Shown: piece after piece, positions 1 through 7,671 of the stretch | Position numbering within the stretch: position 1 is the first letter of the stretch | Layout of the letters: every line of letters begins with the position of its first letter | DNA from: Candidatus Margulisiibacteriota bacterium | GTDB lineage: Bacteria; Margulisbacteria; Marinamargulisbacteria; JBFWNS01 | Length of the DNA: 64,000 nucleotides | NCBI GenBank assembly: GCA_050250935.1 | Contig: JBFWNS010000002.1 | Span: 134,433 to 198,432 of the forward strand | Reading direction: 5' to 3' | The notes under the pieces: generated by a model | Told to the model about the DNA's origin: nothing | Databases searched by the model: none | The model's input: only the letters and a program-made list of their open reading frames with translations | Made by a program: the position numbers and the translations under genes

Positions 1-338
1 GCAATTTTTGCACTTGTAACAGCACCCGTCGTTAAGTCCCCGGCAACGATGGCATTGGACAAGTTCAATTTGCTATACGCAATTGCAGCCGCGCTGTTGA
101 TGTCTGCATTCGTGATGCTGTCATCCGCGATTTTAGCCGAAGTTACAGCACCGTCGGCCAAGTCAACTGCGACTATCGTTCCATCAGCAATTTTTGCACT
201 TGTAACAGCACCCGTCGTTAAGTCCCCGGCAACGATGGCATTGGACAAGTTCAATTTGCTATACGCAATTGCAGCCGCGCTGTTGATGTCTGCATTCGTG
301 ATGCTGTCATCCGCGATTTTAGCTGAAGTTACAGCACC
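1..338. repeat. Near-identical 186-nt (62-aa) coding tandem repeat in the fibre gene
   Basis: GCAATTTTTGCACTTGTAACAGCACCCGTC... starts at both 1 and 187 and stays nearly identical to about 152/338. Confidence 0.9.
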
Positions 339-3300
339 ATCCACGATTTTGGCCGTGCCAACTGTTCCGTCTGCAATTGAACTTGCCACCACACCCGTTA
401 AGCCGGCTCCACCACCCACAAAATTGGTAGCCGTTACAGTGCCATTGAAGTTTGAGGTCACTACCGTTGAATTAATTGAAAACGTTGTCCCAGTTAAGCT
501 TAAGCCTGTTCCATTGGTATAGGTGGTATCCACATCTGACGCTGGCGCCCACGCACTGCCATTCCATTTTAATGCCTGACCGGAGGTTGCAGATGCTTGG
601 GTAAGGGCTGAAGGGGCAATTGAAATTGCAGTAGAGGTTGCCGCTGTCAAACGTCCTTGGGCATCCACGGTTAATGCTGGCACAGTGGACGCTGATCCAT
701 AGCTCCCTGCTGTGACGGCGGTATTGGCCAATTTGGCTGCGGTTACAGCACCATCCACGATCTTGGCCGTGCTGACTGTTCCGTCTGCAATTGAACTCGC
801 CACCACACCTGTTAACCCTGCACCTCCACCCACAAAATTGGTAGCCGTTACAGTACCATTGAAGTTTGAGGTCACTACCGTTGAATCAATTGAAAAGGCT
901 GTGCCACTCAAACCAAGACCTGTACCTGCTGTATAGACATTTCCAGAATCTGCAGCAGGAGCCCACGCACTTCCATTCCATTTTAATACTTCACCAGAAG
1001 CTGCAGACGCTTGGGTAATGGCCGAAGGTGCAATTGAAATCGCGGTGTTGGTTACCCCCGTGATCTGACCTTGGGCATTCACACTAAAGGTAGGTACTGT
1101 CGCAGCCCCACCATAGCTACCCGCTGTAACACCCGATGCCGACAACGCTGCAGAGGCGGGTTCCCATTGGCTTGTGCTATTGTTCCATTGCAACACTTGG
1201 CCATTCGTTGGTGCCGTGCTGGCCACGGTTCGGCCTTGAAGGGTCGAGGCTGAAATTCCACCTGATAGCGTGTTGATGTTGGTTGAAGTAATCGCCAATT
1301 TTGAAAACGCAATCGAGGCTCCTGAAGCGATGTTCGTGTCGGTAATGGAAACAGGAACTAACGTTACACCCGTAATCTGACCTTGGGCATTCACACTAAA
1401 GGTGGGTACTGTCGCAGCCCCACCGTAGCTGCCGGCACTGACGCCAGCGCTGGCCAAGGAAAGAACACCACCAGCCAAACTTAGCCCAGTTCCCGCACTG
1501 AGGTTGGCGGTTGGTTCCCATTGGGCTGATGTCGCATTCCAATTGAGATACTGACCATTGGCCGGTGCAGCAGCCGAAATGGTTCTGCCTTGCAAGGTTG
1601 AGGCTGAAATCCCACCAGACAATCCATTGATGTTGGCAGAGGTGATGGCCAGTTTTGTAAAATCGATGGCTGCATTGCTGGCCACGTTGGCGTTGGTTAC
1701 AGCAATGGGGGTGTTGGTTACCGAGGTGACTTGACCTTGTTGATTAACCGCAAAAACGGGCACGCTTGTTGCCGATCCATAAATGGAAGGCGACAAACCG
1801 CTGATATCGGATATCGAAATGGCATTGGCACCGGAAATAGAAACCCCGGTTCCCGCAGTGTACGAAGTTCCTGCATCTGTTCCTGGCAACCAATTGCCGG
1901 CCGAACTATTCCATTTCAATACCTGACCATCGGTTGTACCGGATTGAATTCCCAATTTTCCGCTGGAAATGGTTAGCCCTGTTCCTTGAAGATCTGTAAC
2001 CGTTTTGCCAGACATTGCGATACCGCTAAGCAAAACGGTGCTGTTGATGGAAACCGTTGCACTTGAACCCACAACCAAATTGCCAGTCGACAGCGTGCTG
2101 CTGGCATCGGAACGCAGGAATGAAGACGAAGACAAACCGCCCACGGTACTGGCATCATTAACATTGGTTTGGGTGAAAACCAGTCCTGTACCCGTAGAGT
2201 TGACCTGCACATAGCTGTTGGCCACATAGGTTTTGTTTAGAACATCGGTTAAATTGATGAAGGACAACATGTTGTTGGTGGATGTAAATTCCAGTCGGGT
2301 TCCGGCAGAATTCACCCGAATAAAACCACCGGGATAGGTGCTTAACAAACCATTGTTGGGGGCATCGGTCAGACTCATAAAGGAGCTGGCGCCGCCATTA
2401 ACTTTGGCCCAAGATGTGGTGTCGATGTACTTTACAATCCCGCTGGAATCGACGGTCAACACTTTATTGTTGTCGGTTAAAGACACCAACGAATTGAGTC
2501 TGGATTCACCCGAAACCACCAGGGCACCATTGACATTTAAAGTAGAGCCCGCTGCTACACCCAAACTTGCTGCCGTTGATGCGCCCACAGTGGAATTGGC
2601 ATCGCTGCGCAATAAACTGGAAGCCGTTAGACCGGCCAAAGCGTTTGATTTATTCCAAGACGAGGTGTCGATATATTTAACAGTTCCATTTTCAACGGTC
2701 AGGACCCGATTGTTATCGGTCGAGCTAACCCCAGGATCGACATTGATGTTTCCTGAAACGTTCAATACCGTCAACGACCCCAATCCTGTGATGTTGGTAT
2801 AAGCGCCAGACACCATATTGGCACTGGTAATGGTGGTATTCGCAATTTGGGCGCCCGTGATCGAACCGGTTGCAATGCTGGAACTTGGAACAGATCCAGA
2901 AATTTTAGAAGCAGAAATGGGACCGACAATGTGACTGTCTTGAATAGCACCGGTGGCAATCATTCCCGAGGTAATAGATCCGGAGGCAATTTGCGATGCC
3001 GAAACCGTTCCAGACAAAGCACTGACAGCTGGCTTATTGGCAACATTGCTCCAATCTACGCTAAACGCTTGGTCGGAATAAGCCGATTTTAAAGCATATG
3101 GAACCGCCACAACTGGCACACGGACTTCTTGGTTGGTATCTAAAAAGGTAAACCCAAAATTTGCCGTGGGTTGATCCAACATCGTGGCATTAAAGGTGGT
3201 TGTTTTCCCCAATTCGGCCGTAAACGCACCATTGGTGAACTGCAGGCTTTGGGTTTCGGTCCAAAGCGCCACATTTGAAGAAGAGTACAGGGTAATTTTG

Positions 3301-3464
3301 ACCGATTTTAACCCGTTGATTAACCCGGTGTTACTGTCCGAGATGATGGCTTCGATTTTAACAGTCGAGGGCGTAGATGCCATAACCGCGTTGCCCAACA
3401 GCACAAAGCCCAGCAACGCCCCAATAATCCCCTTTACTACTGCCTTTTTCATCAAACTGGTCAT
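1..3464 (-). CDS. Giant secreted repeat-rich fibre/adhesin, phage tail-fibre-like (partial, runs off the left edge, >1150 aa)
   Basis: Absent from the ORF track because it has no stop in the window. AGGAG RBS then ATG at 3464 (MTSLMKKAVVKGIIGALLGFVLLGNAVMA, signal-peptide-like). The same frame reads sensibly at the window edge (...AAIAYSKLNLSNAIVAGDLTTGAVTSAKI). The N-terminal domain has LWTETQ..F.NGAF.AELG...RVPVVAVPYALKSA, followed by Ser/Thr/Ala/Gly-rich repeats. Confidence 0.85.
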   Translation of the reverse strand, partial: MTSLMKKAVVKGIIGALLGFVLLGNAVMASTPSTVKIEAIISDSNTGLINGLKSVKITLYSSSNVALWTETQSLQFTNGAFTAELGKTTTFNATMLDQPTANFGFTFLDTNQEVRVPVVAVPYALKSAYSDQAFSVDWSNVANKPAVSALSGTVSASQIASGSITSGMIATGAIQDSHIVGPISASKISGSVPSSSIATGSITGAQIANTTITSANMVSGAYTNITGLGSLTVLNVSGNINVDPGVSSTDNNRVLTVENGTVKYIDTSSWNKSNALAGLTASSLLRSDANSTVGASTAASLGVAAGSTLNVNGALVVSGESRLNSLVSLTDNNKVLTVDSSGIVKYIDTTSWAKVNGGASSFMSLTDAPNNGLLSTYPGGFIRVNSAGTRLEFTSTNNMLSFINLTDVLNKTYVANSYVQVNSTGTGLVFTQTNVNDASTVGGLSSSSFLRSDASSTLSTGNLVVGSSATVSINSTVLLSGIAMSGKTVTDLQGTGLTISSGKLGIQSGTTDGQVLKWNSSAGNWLPGTDAGTSYTAGTGVSISGANAISISDISGLSPSIYGSATSVPVFAVNQQGQVTSVTNTPIAVTNANVASNAAIDFTKLAITSANINGLSGGISASTLQGRTISAAAPANGQYLNWNATSAQWEPTANLSAGTGLSLAGGVLSLASAGVSAGSYGGAATVPTFSVNAQGQITGVTLVPVSITDTNIASGASIAFSKLAITSTNINTLSGGISASTLQGRTVASTAPTNGQVLQWNNSTSQWEPASAALSASGVTAGSYGGAATVPTFSVNAQGQITGVTNTAISIAPSAITQASAASGEVLKWNGSAWAPAADSGNVYTAGTGLGLSGTAFSIDSTVVTSNFNGTVTATNFVGGGAGLTGVVASSIADGTVSTAKIVDGAVTAAKLANTAVTAGSYGSASTVPALTVDAQGRLTAATSTAISIAPSALTQASATSGQALKWNGSAWAPASDVDTTYTNGTGLSLTGTTFSINSTVVTSNFNGTVTATNFVGGGAGLTGVVASSIADGTVGTAKIVDGAVTSAKIADDSITNADINSAAAIAYSKLNLSNAIVAGDLTTGAVTSAKIADGTIVAVDLADGAVTSAKIADDSITNADINSAAAIAYSKLNLSNAIVAGDLTTGAVTSAKI
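328..1430. repeat. Diverged 414-nt (138-aa) coding repeat plus a further partial copy in the fibre gene
   Basis: Matching anchors at 328/742, 547/961, 610/1024 and 655/1069. CCTTGGGCATTCACACTAAAGGT recurs at 1069 and 1381. Confidence 0.85.
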
Positions 3465-3501
3465 AACCGATCTCCTTTTGGTGTGTTTTATCTGTTTGAA
3501 C

Positions 3502-4425
3502 TTAGAAATTTAAGCTCATCGAAAAATAATTTTTATTGTCATACAACAAATGCTCACTTTTTTCGTAAGCATAGTTGAGCTGTAACATGTCCAACTTAAA
3601 GCCAAGACCCAAGGTTACATTACTTTTAATGTTGTTCAACGCCAAGAACTGTTTATACCCGGCCGTTAATTGAATATAAGGTAAGAATGACGGCGTATAG
3701 TTCACACCCGCTGCAAACAAGTTTTTGCCTTGTTTGAGGGAACACTGCCCCATCACAGCAACATCATTATAGGTGTATTTGACACCCCCAACCACTTGGG
3801 TTGGAAGGGTTTCTACGCCATCGTCGATTTGAATTTGTTGGCCAGAAAAAATATTTCGGGCAAACAACGAAAGTTCGATGGGGTTAAGATCGTAGGTTGC
3901 ACCCAGGTCCATGTTGGTGGCTTTTCCTGAAAAGGTATAAAAAGAAGTGCTGTATTGAACCAAAGAAGCCCCCACCGACAGATTCTTTGCTATCGTATTT
4001 TCGTACGAGATCTTGGTGATTTGATTTTTATAATCAAAGTTAAGGTTGGAATAGAATTGGCTGTTCCCCGTAGAAATTTCGGTGAAGGGGATATTTGAAA
4101 CCGCTGCTTCCATATAGCCAAAGCCAATTTTACCAATGGGCGTTGTGGTGGCCACAGCAATACTGGTATAGGTTAGTTCGTTCATGAAGGTTGTTGTGAA
4201 GACCGAAACAGAACCACGGTTAACCCTTTTGAGCGCCGCGGGGTTATCGAAAATGCTGTTGGCAGCACTGCCATACCCTTCGATATTGCCCATCCCAATC
4301 ATTTCGGCAGAAGAACCCACTTCCGAAATTAAAAAGTATTCGGCAGCCATGGGCTTGGAGGTCAAAAGCAAGACCCCGACAAACACACAGGATAAAAACG
4401 TAAGGCCGTGTTTTAGTTGTTTCAT
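3502..4425 (-). CDS. PorV/PorQ-like outer-membrane beta-barrel
   Basis: Signal peptide; N-terminal GSSAEMIGMG...ANSIFDNPAAL motif; amphipathic beta strands; C-terminal aromatic residue (YFSMSLNF). Confidence 0.7.
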   Translation of the reverse strand: MKQLKHGLTFLSCVFVGVLLLTSKPMAAEYFLISEVGSSAEMIGMGNIEGYGSAANSIFDNPAALKRVNRGSVSVFTTTFMNELTYTSIAVATTTPIGKIGFGYMEAAVSNIPFTEISTGNSQFYSNLNFDYKNQITKISYENTIAKNLSVGASLVQYSTSFYTFSGKATNMDLGATYDLNPIELSLFARNIFSGQQIQIDDGVETLPTQVVGGVKYTYNDVAVMGQCSLKQGKNLFAAGVNYTPSFLPYIQLTAGYKQFLALNNIKSNVTLGLGFKLDMLQLNYAYEKSEHLLYDNKNYFSMSLNF

Positions 4426-4979
4426 GGGCGCACCACAAACTTTCCTTTACCAATAACTTTGCCGTCATTGATGATCAGGAAGAAATACACACCGGAATAC
4501 AAATCAAAATTGTTAAAGTCGCTGCGGTTCAAGGGCACTGCGTTCCAGCCCAAGGCACCGCCATTGAGCTGACCAGCACTAAAGTTTTTTCGGTATATTT
4601 CGCTGGCCAACATGTCGTAGATTCGAATTTCGATGTTGGCAGGGAGTGTTAGGGTATATCCGATTTTGGGGACGTCAGACAATTTTGCGGGGTTGGGATA
4701 AACCAGAGGGGTTCCGGTTAGCTCGGCTCCGGCCACACTGGAACTGCCAATACTGCTCACTTGTACAGCATTCTCGTCGGCCAAAATTCCGTATCCAAAT
4801 TTATAAACAACAAGTGACGAACTACCAGTGTCTTGGTAGGCCGTAAAAAAGTCGTGAATGACGTACGAATAGGAGGTGTAGATCAAAGACGAGGATTGGG
4901 CAAAAACGGGCGCAGCCGCCAGCCCCAAACTCATCAGACACAGTAGAATCGCTTTTTTCATAATGGATTGAACTCTCAA
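4422..4979 (-). CDS. Small secreted protein consisting mostly of a T9SS type-A-like C-terminal sorting domain
   Basis: Signal peptide (MKKAILLCLMSLGLAAAPVFA); PLVYPNP...IRIYD...SGVYF...GKGKFVV pattern. The start may be the internal ATG. Confidence 0.7.
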   Translation of the reverse strand: MRVQSIMKKAILLCLMSLGLAAAPVFAQSSSLIYTSYSYVIHDFFTAYQDTGSSSLVVYKFGYGILADENAVQVSSIGSSSVAGAELTGTPLVYPNPAKLSDVPKIGYTLTLPANIEIRIYDMLASEIYRKNFSAGQLNGGALGWNAVPLNRSDFNNFDLYSGVYFFLIINDGKVIGKGKFVVRP

Positions 4980-5039
4980 CGTCTCTTTTGTCGGACTAGG
5001 ATCAGGAGGCGTTGATATTCGGCCCCCTTCGCCAAATAT

Positions 5040-5068
5040 TTATCGGTTCTACCAATACAAAATTGCAA
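5040..5068 (-). promoter_or_regulatory. Sigma-28 (FliA/SigD)-like promoter
   Basis: Minus strand reads TTGCAA-N15-ACCGATAA; the consensus is TAAA-N15-GCCGATAA. Confidence 0.5.
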
Positions 5069-5149
5069 CTTATTTTTAAAGATCAGAAAAATTCGATGTT
5101 TTACTGAGTCAAATAATTGGTAGTTATAGCTCCAAAAAATTTATCACAC

Positions 5150-5176
5150 TTATCGGGCCAAATCTATTGAAATTTA
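5150..5176 (-). promoter_or_regulatory. Sigma-28 (FliA/SigD)-like promoter
   Basis: Minus strand reads TAAA-N15-CCCGATAA, one mismatch to consensus, upstream of the CTD-barrel-fibre operon. Confidence 0.6.
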
Positions 5177-5254
5177 TTAATTGGATGTTTGAAACACATC
5201 GATAACGGGCAGATACAACACATAGAATCCAATCGCCTCGGGGGGGGACTAGAC

Positions 5255-6127
5255 GTGAAATGTATCGGTGTGTTGGTTATTATGATGTGTTTACTGGGAT
5301 CCGTAACCACCATTTCTGCAGTTGATTTTACAGATATGATTGGGGTCTCCAGCACTGCAAAAGGATTTGCAGTCACCGCTGAACAAAACAATATCGATGC
5401 CAGCTTAAAAAATCCCGCCGCCTTGGGCATCATGAGACGCATTCACTTCAAAACCAGCTATGGTAGCCTTTTTGATTCTGCCTATTACACCGCCAATTTA
5501 AGCATCGGAATTCCCATTAACACCAATTGGAGCGCGGCCCTTCAAGTGCCTACCAAAAGGATTCAAGACATTCCTTTGAGTGTGAATCAAGGGGGTCAAG
5601 GGGTGGCCATTGGGTCCTTTAACGATTCAGAAACCGTTGCCAATTTTACCCTTTCCCACCGAATCGGGATTCTGACTTTGGGCGCAGCTGCAAACTATCG
5701 CAGCCGAGAATTGTACACCGCCACTGCCCAAGGCGTTGGGTTTGATGGGGGGTTGATGCTCGCAACCGGTCCACTTACCGTAGGGGCCAGCATTCGCAAC
5801 ATTGGCAAAACAACCCTAACCTGGAGCACTGGCACCACCGAAACCATTCAAGAACAATACAATGTCGGCATCGCCTACCAGCTGATGCCCATGGTAAAAC
5901 TATTGGCGGACACAACCTTGGGCACCACAACCGAAACCAACTTGGGCACGGTTTTTAGCCTGAACCCCTCGTTGAGATTTTTGGCCGGCATCCACGATGT
6001 GACCTCGAGTAAACAACTTGCCTTGGGGACAGAATTGGAATTGGACAGACTGACCGTTTCCTTTTCCTATCAAACCCATGACGAATTGGGAACCAGCTAC
6101 AAAGTGGGAGTTTCATATGCATACTAA
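5255..6127 (+). CDS. PorV/PorQ-like outer-membrane beta-barrel
   Basis: GTG at 5255 after a G-rich RBS gives a clean signal peptide; IGVSSTAKGFA...DASLKNPAAL motif; ends LGTSYKVGVSYAY. Confidence 0.7.
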   Translation: MKCIGVLVIMMCLLGSVTTISAVDFTDMIGVSSTAKGFAVTAEQNNIDASLKNPAALGIMRRIHFKTSYGSLFDSAYYTANLSIGIPINTNWSAALQVPTKRIQDIPLSVNQGGQGVAIGSFNDSETVANFTLSHRIGILTLGAAANYRSRELYTATAQGVGFDGGLMLATGPLTVGASIRNIGKTTLTWSTGTTETIQEQYNVGIAYQLMPMVKLLADTTLGTTTETNLGTVFSLNPSLRFLAGIHDVTSSKQLALGTELELDRLTVSFSYQTHDELGTSYKVGVSYAY

Positions 6128-7670
6128 GTTGAGAATGGTGTTGTGGATTGTTGCTGTGTTGGTTGTGCCAACGCTTGTTTTTGGCGAAGACGGTATTCCA
6201 GGTATGGTTGTGTTTGAAACCAAAGGGTCTCAAACCCAAATTGCATCGGTATCGTCCAACGGCTCGGTTTGGCGCAAGGCCAAACGGGTTGGGCAGTATG
6301 CTAAAAAAAGATCTGGTAAAACAGTTGCAGATGTTTCTTCGGAAGGCACCACTTATGTTATCGAACTGGAAAATGCTGCAGACACAACCGATGTACTGCA
6401 ACAACTTAAAGCAGATCCCACGATTCGCTATGCAGAACCCGTCTATCCCGTAACGGTATCTGGAATTCCCAATGACCCCTATTTCCATAACCAAACCTAT
6501 TTGCAACAACCCTCGCTAGAGCCGTTGTTGTTGGCTACGGGTTCGGCTTCGATTGTGGTGGCAGTCGTGGATACCGGCGTGGACACGAGCCATGTCGACT
6601 TACAAGGCGAAATTCAAGATGGGGGCTACAATTTTTATGGCTCTATTTGGGGGCTACAAAACGACGATTATATGGATTATCACGGCCATGGCACCCATTT
6701 GTCGGGTATTATTGCCGCCGACCAAAACAATGGCATTGGCATTAGTGGGATAAATAACACGGTCAAAATTCTGCCCGTTCGGTTTTTGGACAGTGGCGGA
6801 CGGGGCAATCAGCTCGATGCGGCTGCTGCCATTCGGTATGCGGTGGATCACAACGCTCGCATTATTAACTGCAGTTGGGGATTTACGGCTTTTAATCAGG
6901 CTTTAAAAGATGCCTTTGATTATGCGGCCCAAAATGGGGTTATCGTTTTTGCAGCTGCTGGCAACTCCAATACAGCCATTACCGAGTACCCAGCCGGATT
7001 CGACAGCGTCATTTCGGTGGCCTCGGTGGATACCTCGTTGTCTCGGTCTTATTTTTCGAGCTATGGGGCCAAAGTTTTGTTTTCGGCCTTTGGGAACAGC
7101 ATTTTCTCTTTGGCGCCACACAACCAATATGCCTATATGAGTGGGACGTCTCAAAGCACAGCGGTGATGAGTGGGATTGCCGCCAAGGCCCTTTCGATTA
7201 AACCCAGCCTAACCAAAGCCCAGTTGATCGACAGCTTTATTCAATCCGCAAGCAACACCACACGCAACGATTCGACAGGTTATGGCGTCGTACAAGGGAC
7301 ATCGTTGTTAAGCAGCCTCACCGGCAGCACGCCAGAGACCATCGAGCAGCACTATTCAGTTAGCACTGCCCTTTCCGAACCCAGCATTGAGAACGTCTTG
7401 AATTTTCCCAACCCTGTACCCGCCAGTGGCACAACCTTTGGGTTTTCAGCCAACAGTACCGGAACCCTCGAGCTGCTGATTTTTGACACCCGCGGCACCC
7501 AAGTGAAGCGTTTGAACGGCGTTGTCCTGGCCACCTACAATACCTATGCTTGGGACGGAAAATCCGAAAGTGGCGAGGTTCTTCCCAATGGCACCTACTT
7601 TTATGTGGTTAAAGCAGATCTGGGAACCAAAACCCTTAAAGCCAAAGGCAAGCTGGCGATTCTGCGCTAG
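6117..7670 (+). CDS. S8 (subtilisin-like) serine peptidase with a C-terminal T9SS/FlgD-Ig-like sorting domain
   Basis: VAVVDTG, HGHGTH, AAAGN and SGTS catalytic motifs; C-terminal NFPNP...IFD..G..VK...WDGK...LPNGTYFY...KGKLAILR. Confidence 0.9.
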   Translation: MHTKLRMVLWIVAVLVVPTLVFGEDGIPGMVVFETKGSQTQIASVSSNGSVWRKAKRVGQYAKKRSGKTVADVSSEGTTYVIELENAADTTDVLQQLKADPTIRYAEPVYPVTVSGIPNDPYFHNQTYLQQPSLEPLLLATGSASIVVAVVDTGVDTSHVDLQGEIQDGGYNFYGSIWGLQNDDYMDYHGHGTHLSGIIAADQNNGIGISGINNTVKILPVRFLDSGGRGNQLDAAAAIRYAVDHNARIINCSWGFTAFNQALKDAFDYAAQNGVIVFAAAGNSNTAITEYPAGFDSVISVASVDTSLSRSYFSSYGAKVLFSAFGNSIFSLAPHNQYAYMSGTSQSTAVMSGIAAKALSIKPSLTKAQLIDSFIQSASNTTRNDSTGYGVVQGTSLLSSLTGSTPETIEQHYSVSTALSEPSIENVLNFPNPVPASGTTFGFSANSTGTLELLIFDTRGTQVKRLNGVVLATYNTYAWDGKSESGEVLPNGTYFYVVKADLGTKTLKAKGKLAILR

Positions 7671-7671
7671 C

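Noticed and set aside
49..3513. Plus-strand ORFs 49-522, 712-936, 2338-2802, 3184-3513 and others
   Set aside because: Antisense shadows of the repetitive minus-strand fibre gene; no RBS or motifs of their own.
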